Source of the DNA: Copranaerobaculum intestinale
GTDB lineage: Bacteria; Bacillota_I; Bacilli_A; Erysipelotrichales; Erysipelotrichaceae
Assembly (NCBI RefSeq): GCF_009831105.1
Contig: NZ_WUUQ01000002.1
Coordinates: 1-32,000 of the forward strand
Direction: 5' to 3'
Length of the DNA stretch: 32,000 nt
Part shown: piece by piece, positions 1 through 7,647 of the stretch
How positions within the stretch are numbered: position 1 is the first letter of the stretch
How the letters are laid out: the number at the start of each line of letters is the position of its first letter
Translations under genes and position numbers: made by a program
The notes under the pieces: model-generated
Databases searched by the model: none
What the model saw: only the letters and a program-made list of their open reading frames with translations
What the model was told of the DNA's origin: nothing

Positions 1-69
1 AGTTAAGCACTCCAGCGGCGACAATAACCGGGCCTGCCCCGTGTGAAGATAGCTCATTGCCAGGTGATC

Positions 70-101
70 GACTCTCTTCTCTTTGTTGAGAGTCTTTTTT
101 T
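70..101 (+). terminator. Rho-independent terminator closing an upstream + strand unit that lies mostly off-window
   Basis: Stem GACTCTC (70-76) / GAGAGTC (88-94), 11-nt loop, T-run 95-101. Confidence 0.7.
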
Positions 102-144
102 ATTCCTTTCCTGCTTCGGTTCTTGTAATATTGTAAGATTACAT

Positions 145-173
145 TTGACAATTATTTGCAAGAGGTTTATCTT
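145..173 (+). promoter_or_regulatory. Candidate sigma-A promoter
   Basis: Perfect -35 TTGACA (145-150), 17-nt spacer, weak -10 TATCTT (168-173). Confidence 0.3.
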
Positions 174-237
174 ATAAGAGGATTTAATGAACAGATAGTC
201 TATAAATGTACACGTTTATAGATAATTGCTTATGTAC

Positions 238-276
238 AAGATATTTTGTATTTTCACAACAAAATATCTTTTTTTC
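238..276 (+). terminator. Terminator-like hairpin in the leader upstream of the first FemAB gene
   Basis: Perfect 12-bp stem AAGATATTTTGT (238-249) / ACAAAATATCTT (259-270), 9-nt loop, T-run to 275. The T-run lies only on the + strand side. Confidence 0.55.
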
Positions 277-340
277 ATTCATTTCATTTTGAATATTCTT
301 AACTATATAACTGTACTTTTACGGATAGGGAGGAATATTT

Positions 341-1571
341 ATGACAAAATATCAATTTCAAGTTAACATATCAGAACAAGAGCATGATGCCTTTGTGACG
401 GTGCATCCGCTGTGCAATCTCTTACAGTCTTCCAATTGGGCAAAGATAAAGAGCTCCTGGAATCATAAGCTGGTTGGAGTAAGAAACGAACAAGGTAATC
501 TGGTTGCTTCCTCACTCGTTTTGATTAAGCCGCTTCCATTATCATTTACTATGTTTTACCTGCCAAGGGGACCAATTCTGGACTTTTTGGATAAGGAGCT
601 TGTTTCGTTCTTTTTTACAGAACTAAAAAAACTGGCTGAATCTGAACATTGTGTCTTTATTAAATTTGACGCGGGAATTTTAAAGAACAGTTACCGATTA
701 GAGAATCGAACTGATGTAACTTTATCATCATCGCTTACGATATTAAATAATTTGAAAGCGAGCGGTTGTATTCACCAAGGATTCTCAAAAGAAATGAGCG
801 ATACCATCCAGCCGCGCTTTCAGGCTCCGGTATTTTATGATCGGCTGTTTGAAGATCATTTACCGCGGCACACGAAGCGTCATATACGTACTGCACGGAA
901 AAAACATGTTACCGTACAGACATACGGAGCTGAAATGCTGTCAGCCTTCACCCGATTGATGAAGCTGACGGAACAGCGAAAACATATTGCACTGCGGGAT
1001 CAGAATTATTTTCAGAGCTTATTAGAAACATACGGATCACAGGATGCGAAGATTTATCTGGCTCAGGATCAATTTACCTGCTTTGCTTGCTGATTGTAAT
1101 GACCGTTTAACAAAGCTTGGGCAGGAACTGAAACGGATTCAAAGGGATGAAGATAAACAAGAATCTTTACAGTACTCGATCATGACCGTAAGGAAGGAGC
1201 TTACGGATATCCAACGTTGTATCAGGGAAGATGGCGAAAATCCTTATATAGCAGGAGCCTTGATCGTTTATTATGGAGATACGGCGGAAATGCTGTATAT
1301 GGGAATGGATGGGAAATACCGTAAGTATATGGCTCCCTATCTGACTCATTTGACTCCGATACTGGATGCTTTTCATCGCGAATGTCGCTTATGCAATATG
1401 GGGGGACTTGAGGGGACGCTGGACGGCGGTCTTACTAAATTTAAGACAAATTTTAATCCGTTGATTCAGGAGTATCTCGGAGAATTTGATTTACCAGTTC
1501 ATAAGCTCCTATATACGGTCGCTCATCATGCATATATGATGCGAAAGCGTAAACGTAAGCGTCATGGATAG
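341..1571 (+). pseudogene. FemAB-family peptidoglycan interpeptide-bridge aminoacyltransferase (FemX/MurM-like), disrupted by a +1 frameshift near 1066-1067
   Basis: ORFs 341..1093 and 1044..1571 are the N- and C-terminal parts of one FemAB-like protein. Removing one G at 1066/1067 joins ...AKIYLAQ to INLPALLADCNDRL. That junction is collinear with DAYIILAKLPIKQALEDAAAAL of the downstream paralog. Shared blocks include LLQS.xWA.IK, PRGP.LD, IHQGFS, TIQPRFQ, LPRHTK and NMGG...GLTKFK.NFNPLI.E.LGEFD.PV. Confidence 0.8.
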
Positions 1572-1635
1572 TAGTCTTTTTATACGATAAGCTTTACATT
1601 CCATGATTTCAAAATTCATCTTGGAACCTTTTAAC

Positions 1636-1663
1636 GGCCTTGAAGATAAGCAGGGCCTTTTTT
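1636..1663 (+). terminator. Rho-independent terminator between the two FemAB paralogs
   Basis: Stem GGCCTTG (1636-1642) / CAGGGCC (1651-1657) with one G-U pair, then T6 (1658-1663). Confidence 0.6.
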
Positions 1664-1683
1664 CGGTTATCCCGTTTAATCTG

Positions 1684-1692
1684 TGGTATAAT
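1684..1692 (+). promoter_or_regulatory. Extended -10 promoter element for the intact FemAB gene
   Basis: TGgTATAAT at 1684-1692. This places the transcription start near 1699, which argues for the ATG at 1719 rather than 1698. Confidence 0.55.
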
Positions 1693-1718
1693 AACGTATG
1701 GTTGTAAGGAGGAATTTT

Positions 1719-2927
1719 ATGCCATATCAATTTACAACGCAGGTGGATGCGGACATATATGATGAATTTGTAAAGAATCATCCGCAATGCTCCCTCCTGC
1801 AGTCAGCGCGTTGGGCTTCGATTAAGCATAATTGGAAATCAATGCGTGTCGGTGTTATGGAGAATCAACAACTGGTGGGGGCTGCATTGCTTTTAATGAA
1901 GCCGCTGCCATTAGGATATACGATGATTTATATACCGCGCGGTCCATTACTGGATTATCAAAATCAATCGTTGGTTACATATTTCATCAAGCAGCTAAAA
2001 GCACTTGGAAAGCAGCACAAGGCACTCTTTATCAAAATGGATCCCAATATTCATTTAAACGATTATCATTCGCATGAACGAAATGATGATGTACATAAGG
2101 AAGCATTGACAGCTAAAAAGAATATTGAAGCTGCCGGTGGAATTCATCAAGGATTCTCGATGGATATGCATGCTACGATTCAGCCGCGGTTTCAGTCAAA
2201 TGTTTACTATGTCGATAATTTTATGGAAAATCTGCCCAGACATACAAAGAAGCTTTTGAAAGTCGCGATGAAACGGCATGTGTTAATTGAAAGACACGGT
2301 ATTGAAATGGTGGATGTTTTTGCCGAATTAACGAAAAAAACCGAAGCGCGTCAGGGCGTGAGCTTACGCAATCGCGATTATTTTCGGCTGTTGATGGAAA
2401 CATATGGCAAGGATGCTTATATCATTTTGGCAAAGCTGCCAATCAAGCAGGCGCTGGAAGATGCGGCTGCAGCATTGTCAAAAGTCCAAAAGGAGATTGC
2501 TGAATGTCCGGAAAATGCGGTCAAGAAGCTTCGTACTTTAAAAGAGCTGGAAGATTCACGAAGCAAGGAAGTTCAGGATTTGACCGCCTTTCAGCAACGC
2601 GATGGTGATGTGGCATATATTGCGGGTACCCTATCGGTGATCTGCGGGCCTACCTGTGAAATATTGTATGCCGGTACTGATGAGTGGTATAAGAAATGCA
2701 TGGCACAATACTATGTCTGGCCAAAGACCATGGAATGGGCCTTTGAGAATGGTTGTCATAGTGTTAATATGGGGGGAGTTGCCAATACGCTTGATGACGG
2801 CTTGACCAAATTCAAGGATAATTTTAATCCTCTGATCAATGAATTCCTTGGGGAATTTGATATCCCGGTTAATCGGATCTTATATAGACCGGCAGTTTGG
2901 GCGCTGCATCAGCGTCAGAAACATTAA
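1719..2927 (+). CDS. FemAB-family peptidoglycan bridge-forming aminoacyltransferase (FemX/MurM-like), intact
   Basis: About 402 aa. RBS AAGGAGG (1706-1712) precedes ATG 1719. The N-terminus MPYQFTTQVDADIYDEF parallels MTKYQFQVNISEQEHDAF of the upstream paralog. A central helical insert (ALEDAAAALSKVQKEIAE...) is typical of Fem proteins. Confidence 0.9.
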   Translation: MPYQFTTQVDADIYDEFVKNHPQCSLLQSARWASIKHNWKSMRVGVMENQQLVGAALLLMKPLPLGYTMIYIPRGPLLDYQNQSLVTYFIKQLKALGKQHKALFIKMDPNIHLNDYHSHERNDDVHKEALTAKKNIEAAGGIHQGFSMDMHATIQPRFQSNVYYVDNFMENLPRHTKKLLKVAMKRHVLIERHGIEMVDVFAELTKKTEARQGVSLRNRDYFRLLMETYGKDAYIILAKLPIKQALEDAAAALSKVQKEIAECPENAVKKLRTLKELEDSRSKEVQDLTAFQQRDGDVAYIAGTLSVICGPTCEILYAGTDEWYKKCMAQYYVWPKTMEWAFENGCHSVNMGGVANTLDDGLTKFKDNFNPLINEFLGEFDIPVNRILYRPAVWALHQRQKH

Positions 2928-2947
2928 AAAGCAAGGGAGGTTTTAAA

Positions 2948-3400
2948 ATGGAAAAACAAATCAAGGTGCATTCACTGAAAGAAACCGATGATTTGGCAAA
3001 ACAATTATCGGCTTTGATTACTCCGCACACCCTGATTACGTTAAGCGGTGATCTGGGAGCAGGGAAAACAACCTTTACAAAATCATTGGGAACGTATCTG
3101 GGAGTAAAACGCAATATTAATTCTCCAACCTTTACGATCCTGAAAATATACCAAGGGGATATGCCGTTTTATCATATTGATGCCTATCGTCTGGAGGGCA
3201 TCGAGCAGGAACTTGGTTTTGAGGAAGTGTTTGAAGATGACGGTATCTGTATGGTGGAATGGCCCCATTATATTGAAAAACAGCTTCCGTCAGAGCGCTT
3301 GGAAGTTTCTATCAGCCGCTGCGAAGGGGAAGAAGAACGAATGTTTACATTCGTTTCGCATGGCCGTAAGTACGATGACATGCTGGAGGAACTTGTATGA
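2948..3400 (+). CDS. tsaE: tRNA t6A37 biosynthesis ATPase TsaE (YjeE)
   Basis: P-loop GDLGAGKTTFTKSLG, plus SPTFT and HIDAYRL motifs. RBS GGGAGG sits upstream of ATG 2948. The ORF-track start at 2897 overlaps the fem gene. Confidence 0.9.
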   Translation: MEKQIKVHSLKETDDLAKQLSALITPHTLITLSGDLGAGKTTFTKSLGTYLGVKRNINSPTFTILKIYQGDMPFYHIDAYRLEGIEQELGFEEVFEDDGICMVEWPHYIEKQLPSERLEVSISRCEGEEERMFTFVSHGRKYDDMLEELV

Positions 3401-3993
3401 AAACATTATGTATGGATACTGCACATCGCTATCTGGTAATTGGTTTATATGAGAATGACTGTTTGATCAATGCGGTTTCACGTCCTTCCTGGAAGCGGCA
3501 GTCGGAAACTATTTTTCCCGAGCTGATTCGTTTAATGGATGAAGCGGGTTGGGTGAGTGAAGATATTGATGAAATCGTGATTACCGATGGTCCGGGCAGC
3601 TATACCGGGGTGCGGATCGCGATGAGTATTGCTAAGGTCTTTTGTACGACCAAAGAGGTACCGCTCTACACGATCAGCACGTTACAGCTGTATGCAGGCC
3701 TTAAGCATGCTTATGTGATGCTCGATGCCCGCAGCAGCCGCGCGTATTTTGGAGAACTGAAAGACGGTACTTTTCTAGATGGTCCATGTATCATGACATT
3801 GGATGAGATTCAAGCGATGAATTCTGATCCTGCACTGTTGATAGGTGATACCTCACTGATTGATGTGGAATCAAAAGAACCGGATTTTGTATCGAACTTT
3901 ATTGCGCTTCGTCCGGTATGGAATAGTGTTGAAAATGTGCATATTCTTGTTCCGGAATATTTGAAGGAACAGAGTGCATATAAGGTTGGATAA
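3397..3993 (+). CDS. tsaB: tRNA t6A37 biosynthesis protein TsaB (YeaZ)
   Basis: ATGA start/stop overlap with tsaE. Carries the GPGSYTGVRIA motif and sits in a tsaE-tsaB-rimI-tsaD context. Confidence 0.9.
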   Translation: MKTLCMDTAHRYLVIGLYENDCLINAVSRPSWKRQSETIFPELIRLMDEAGWVSEDIDEIVITDGPGSYTGVRIAMSIAKVFCTTKEVPLYTISTLQLYAGLKHAYVMLDARSSRAYFGELKDGTFLDGPCIMTLDEIQAMNSDPALLIGDTSLIDVESKEPDFVSNFIALRPVWNSVENVHILVPEYLKEQSAYKVG

Positions 3994-3994
3994 T

Positions 3995-4441
3995 ATGATC
4001 AGGGAAATGCAGGATCGAGATCTGGAAGCTGTACTGGCAATCGAAGCGCAGGCGTTTTCCAGTCATTGGACGCATCAGCAGATGGTTTATGAACTGCATG
4101 AAAATACCTTTGCATATCTTTACGTATATGAAGAGGATGGGATCGTACTCGGCTATATCGACTATTGGATTACCTTTGATACCTGTCAGCTCGCATCAAT
4201 TGCGGTAAGCAAAGAGGCGCGAAGAAGGGGGATTGCGAAGGTATTGATGGATGAAATGATCAAAGCAGCCGAAGCAAAATACTGTAGCGTGATCTCATTG
4301 GAGGTTCGGATGTCCAATGAACCGGCAAAGTCATTGTATCAGCGTTACGGCTTTGTCGAAGCAAGTATCCGTAAAAACTATTATAGTGACAATCATGAGG
4401 ATGCGATCCTCATGGTAAAGGGTCTGGGAGGTGAATGGTAA
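3995..4441 (+). CDS. rimI: Ribosomal-protein-alanine N-acetyltransferase (GNAT family)
   Basis: GNAT acetyl-CoA motif (IAVSKEARRRGIAKVLM). It occupies the conserved position between tsaB and tsaD. ATG 3995 follows the tsaB stop directly. Confidence 0.85.
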   Translation: MIREMQDRDLEAVLAIEAQAFSSHWTHQQMVYELHENTFAYLYVYEEDGIVLGYIDYWITFDTCQLASIAVSKEARRRGIAKVLMDEMIKAAEAKYCSVISLEVRMSNEPAKSLYQRYGFVEASIRKNYYSDNHEDAILMVKGLGGEW

Positions 4442-5448
4442 TGGAGCAGACATGTATACTGGCCATTGAATCAAGCTGTGATGAAACAGCGGTGGCGATC
4501 GTTGAAAATACCAATCAGGTGCTGGCGAATGTAGTTGCTACCCAGATTGATGTGCATAAAGAATTCGGCGGCGTGATACCCGAAGTGGCGAGCCGCATTC
4601 ACGTTGAGAATATTTCCATGGTAATTGCTGAGGCATTGAAAAAGGCGAATAAGCAAGTTTCTGATATGGATGCGATTGCAGTTACCAAGGGGCCGGGATT
4701 AATCGGTTCTTTGCATGTGGGAGTACAGGCTGCGAAAACACTGGCCTGGTCTTTTCATAAGCCATTGGTTCCGGTGCATCACATCTGCGGTCACATTTAT
4801 GCGAATGCGCTGGTAAAAAATTTGAAATATCCGATGTTGGCGCTGGTGGTTTCAGGTGGTCATACCGAACTTGTCTATCTGAAAGCAGAATATGAATTCG
4901 AAATATTAGGTACTACACAGGATGATGCGGTAGGTGAGGCATATGATAAAGTTGCCCGCGTGATGGGACTTCCATATCCGGGCGGCCCGCAGATCGATCG
5001 TCTGGCGAAAGAAGGGAAACCGGTTTATAAGCTTCCGCATCCAAAAACGGCCGGGGAAATGGATTATTCTTTCAGTGGTCTGAAATCGGGAGTTCTCCAG
5101 TTTATCGATCGCTGTAAGCGAAAAGGCGAAACGTATGTGGCAGCCGATTTGGCGGCTTCATTTCAGGAAACGGCTTTGGATGAGCTGCTGGATAAACTGA
5201 AAATCGCCATTGATCAAAAGCATCCGGCGCAGGTAGTATTGGCTGGTGGGGTCGCCGCAAATTCGCGGCTGCGGGAGCGTTTGACCAAGCTGATGGAGGA
5301 AGCGTATCCGGATATCGATTATATCATTCCGCCGTTATCCTGCTGTACTGATAATGCGGCAATGATCGGTGTAGCCGGTACGATTGCCTATCAGCACGGA
5401 GTGCGCGGTGATTTTGATTTAACGGCAGACTGCAGTATGGAAATGTAA
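4435..5448 (+). CDS. tsaD: tRNA N6-adenosine threonylcarbamoyltransferase TsaD (Kae1/Gcp)
   Basis: Motifs ILAIESSCDETAVAIV, HHICGHIYA, LVVSGGHTEL and GVAANSRLRE. An alternative start at ATG 4441 has better spacing from GGAGG (4427-4431). Confidence 0.95.
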   Translation: MVMEQTCILAIESSCDETAVAIVENTNQVLANVVATQIDVHKEFGGVIPEVASRIHVENISMVIAEALKKANKQVSDMDAIAVTKGPGLIGSLHVGVQAAKTLAWSFHKPLVPVHHICGHIYANALVKNLKYPMLALVVSGGHTELVYLKAEYEFEILGTTQDDAVGEAYDKVARVMGLPYPGGPQIDRLAKEGKPVYKLPHPKTAGEMDYSFSGLKSGVLQFIDRCKRKGETYVAADLAASFQETALDELLDKLKIAIDQKHPAQVVLAGGVAANSRLRERLTKLMEEAYPDIDYIIPPLSCCTDNAAMIGVAGTIAYQHGVRGDFDLTADCSMEM

Positions 5449-5455
5449 GTTCAAG

Positions 5456-5495
5456 TTTCCAAAATATTCACAAAGTCCTACTTTTATGCTATACT
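5456..5495 (+). promoter_or_regulatory. rex promoter with an overlapping candidate Rex operator
   Basis: -35 TTCACA (5467-5472), 17-nt spacer, extended -10 TGcTATACT (5487-5495). The 18-mer TTTCCAAAATATTCACAA (5456-5473) matches the Rex box TTGTGAAWWWWTTCACAA at 15 of 18 positions, and the right half is perfect. Confidence 0.45.
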
Positions 5496-5512
5496 TTGAC
5501 GAGGTGATGAAA

Positions 5513-6136
5513 ATGGCTAATAAAAATGTACCGAAGGCGACCCTGCAGCGATATCCGGTCTATCTGAAAGCATTACGTAAATTACAGAACAGCGGAATCG
5601 ATCGGGTGATGTCAAAAGAGCTCGCTAGTGTTGTGAATATTGAACCGACAACAATCCGCCGTGATTTCTCATTTTTGGGCAATCTAGGCAAACAGGGCTA
5701 TGGGTATGATGTTGAGAGATTAATTGAAATTTTCAATCAGGAACTCGGCATGGGCTTTGATGAAAAGATTATTCTGGTCGGAGCAGGCAACCTAGGACGT
5801 GCGTTGATGAAATATAATAAATGGGATTATGTAGTTGGTGAAATAGCTTGTGCGTTTGATATCAATCCAGATCGACAAGGGGTTCGTTTCGGGATTCCGG
5901 TCTATGATCTGGCCGACTTGGAAAAGCGCATACCGGAAGGTTGCCGCATTGCGATTTTAGCGATTTCCAATGATATTCAGCAAACCGTTGACCGCTTGGT
6001 TGATTGTGGAATCATCGGTCTGGTTGACTTTACGCATGAACATATTCAGGTTCCCAAGAGCGTAATTCTCAAAGCTGTTGATGTGGTATCGTCCATTCAG
6101 GAATTGGTGTTTGAAACCAATGCATTAAATCAATAA
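5513..6136 (+). CDS. rex: Redox-sensing transcriptional repressor Rex
   Basis: N-terminal winged-helix signature VPKATLQRYPVYLKAL and Rossmann motif LVGAGNLGRAL. RBS GAGGTGA precedes ATG 5513. Confidence 0.9.
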   Translation: MANKNVPKATLQRYPVYLKALRKLQNSGIDRVMSKELASVVNIEPTTIRRDFSFLGNLGKQGYGYDVERLIEIFNQELGMGFDEKIILVGAGNLGRALMKYNKWDYVVGEIACAFDINPDRQGVRFGIPVYDLADLEKRIPEGCRIAILAISNDIQQTVDRLVDCGIIGLVDFTHEHIQVPKSVILKAVDVVSSIQELVFETNALNQ

Positions 6137-6137
6137 G

Positions 6138-6159
6138 AGTGTGGAAACACACTTTTTTA
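6138..6159 (+). terminator. Rho-independent terminator after rex
   Basis: Stem AGTGTG (6138-6143), loop GAAA, CACACT (6148-6153), T6 (6154-6159). Confidence 0.75.
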
Positions 6160-6222
6160 TGATTGTAAGCAAATTGATAAAATCTGAAAATAAATTATCA
6201 ATTAGAGCTTCGTCAAATATGA

Positions 6223-6531
6223 GATCAAGAAAGAAAAGAAAAACTATGTGCCGAGTATAGCAGCACTCCAAATGCGATTTTTATCCATGTCAAAAATAAG
6301 CAATTTGGTTTTTCTTTTTCAACTGTTAAAATCATTTTAATTGTCTGGAATAAAGCACCAACGAAAATTGATATTGCGGAAAAGAACGACGATGGACCTA
6401 TGTGTGTATATGATGTTAAAAGTCATATATGGTTAAGTAACAGCAGTGTATCGGAAAAGGAGTTATTTTATTTAGACTGCTATAATGCATTTTTGAAATT
6501 TCAGATAAAGAATGAGATCTGCTTATATTAA
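6223..6531 (+). pseudogene. Possible gene remnant: a stop-to-stop open frame of 102 codons whose only canonical start (ATG 6400) leaves 43 aa
   Basis: The frame reads ...NAIFIHVKNKQFGFSFSTVKIILIVWNKAPTKIDIAEKNDDGPMCVYDVKSHIWLSNSSVSEKELFYLDCYNAFLKFQIKNEICLY*. It is followed by a weak hairpin and T-run (6531-6550). I see no ATG/GTG/TTG in the first 59 codons. No family was recognised. Confidence 0.25.
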
Positions 6532-6590
6532 AGGGATCAGTTCCTTTTTTTAAGCGGTGTAATCGATGATAGAAATATTTCAATCTGCTC

Positions 6591-6620
6591 TTGCTTTTCC
6601 TCTTAATAATGTAGTATTAT
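6591..6620 (+). promoter_or_regulatory. Candidate promoter of the T-box leader
   Basis: -35 TTGCTT (6591-6596), 18-nt spacer, -10 TATTAT (6615-6620). Confidence 0.45.
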
Positions 6621-6640
6621 CAATATAACTCAATATTACG

Positions 6641-6858
6641 ATGATATGAGAGCCTTTATCGAATGATCCCAAGCGAGTGAAGATGGTGTGAGTTCATGAT
6701 CAAAACATAAAGCAGCAACACTCATGGAGTAAAACCGGAGAAATCAAGTAGACGGTTTCGGATTTGCACGTTAAGCAAAAATCAAGATGGCTGTTGGCAA
6801 AACGGCAATCAGGATGGCACCGCGTTTATCAAACGTTCCTGTACAGGAGCGTTTTTTT
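6641..6858 (+). promoter_or_regulatory. T-box riboswitch leader, asparagine-specific (AAC specifier)
   Basis: Stem I base ATGAG (6646-6650) / CTCAT (6721-6725). Specifier loop has a 5' GAA (6661-6663) and AAC (6704-6706) plus A6707. F-box-like CACGTTA (6767-6773). T-box sequence AATCAGGATGGCACCGCG (6807-6824). Antiterminator: A1 AGGA/TCCT, 7-nt bulge TGGCACC, A2 GCGT/ACGT. The competing terminator is 6833-6840 / 6845-6852 followed by a T-run. Confidence 0.85.
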
Positions 6859-6875
6859 ATGGGGAGGCGCAGGCG

Positions 6876-7646
6876 ATGGATCTTACACAATTTTATCAGC
6901 AAATCAATGAAGATGAACGTTTTCAAACTCCGGCTACTCAGGTGGAATTTCAAACGACGCTTCATTTTATCAATCAGTATGTGAAAGCGGACGATCGTAT
7001 TTTGGATATTGGGTGTGGCTATGGGGCTTACAGTCTGGAATATGCAAAACGCGGTTATGCGGTTGAGGCGGTAGATTTAATGACGCATCATATTGATGGA
7101 TTAAAGCAGAAAGCGAAACCGGGTATGCGTATACGAGCAAGGGAAGCTGATGCCAGGGATTTATCGATGTATGAGGATGAATCCTTTGATATTGTGCTGT
7201 GTCTTGGGCCCTTGTATCATCTTCACGAAATGCATGATAAGGCTGCCTGTATTGAAGAAGCGAAGCGGGTATGCAAGGCTGACGGGGTGATGATCTTCGC
7301 GTTTTTATCGAATGATATGTGTATGATCACTGAGCAGTTTGCGAATAATCCGCACCACTTCTCTAACGGTGAATATGATCGTACCACGTTTCATTTAACT
7401 GACAATGTTTTCAGCTTTATGACGATTGATGAGGCGCATGTACTCATGAAGCAGTGCGGGTTAAAGAAAATAACCGAGGCAGGAGCTGATGGACTTAGTG
7501 AATTGCTGCGGGATAAAGTGAATAACCTAAGTGAATCGGATTATCAAACCTGGCTGAATTTCCACCTTCACATATGTGAAAAGCCGGAAATGCTGGGAAT
7601 CAGCAATCATGTCTTATTTATAGCGAAAAAAGCAGGAGGAAGATAG
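6876..7646 (+). CDS. Class I SAM-dependent methyltransferase, substrate unknown
   Basis: Motif [17 protein letters not shown], acidic residue after beta-2 (AVEAVDL), and post-I/II motifs [23 protein letters not shown] (6861-6867). Confidence 0.85.
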   Translation: MDLTQFYQQINEDERFQTPATQVEFQTTLHFINQYVKADDRILDIGCGYGAYSLEYAKRGYAVEAVDLMTHHIDGLKQKAKPGMRIRAREADARDLSMYEDESFDIVLCLGPLYHLHEMHDKAACIEEAKRVCKADGVMIFAFLSNDMCMITEQFANNPHHFSNGEYDRTTFHLTDNVFSFMTIDEAHVLMKQCGLKKITEAGADGLSELLRDKVNNLSESDYQTWLNFHLHICEKPEMLGISNHVLFIAKKAGGR

Positions 7647-7647
7647 T

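Noticed and set aside
1-69. A GC-rich fragment at the window edge, ahead of the terminator at 70-101. I considered a CDS 3' end (frame 2 stops at 44-46: ...VKHSSGDNNRACPV*). I also considered the 3' part of a structured RNA, given loose resemblance of ...CACTCCAGCGG...GTGAAGATAGCTCA to the P4/J4-1/P1 end of a SAM-I riboswitch, and of AGATAGCTCATTGCC to a type-B RNase P segment.
   Set aside because: The fragment is truncated by the window edge, so no diagnostic core motifs are visible. A riboswitch would normally be followed closely by its regulated ORF, but the next ORF is 240 nt away behind its own promoter-like element. I cannot assign it.
1044-1093. Programmed ribosomal frameshifting as the explanation for the split fem gene.
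   Set aside because: I see no slippery heptamer or homopolymer run at the junction (CTCAGGATCAAT), and no obvious downstream stimulatory structure. A mutation or sequencing error is more parsimonious.
6771-6984. ORFs 6787..6984 (+, 65 aa) and 6771..6965 (-, 64 aa).
   Set aside because: They run straight through the T-box antiterminator/terminator and into the methyltransferase start region. The RNA element explains this sequence better than either ORF does.
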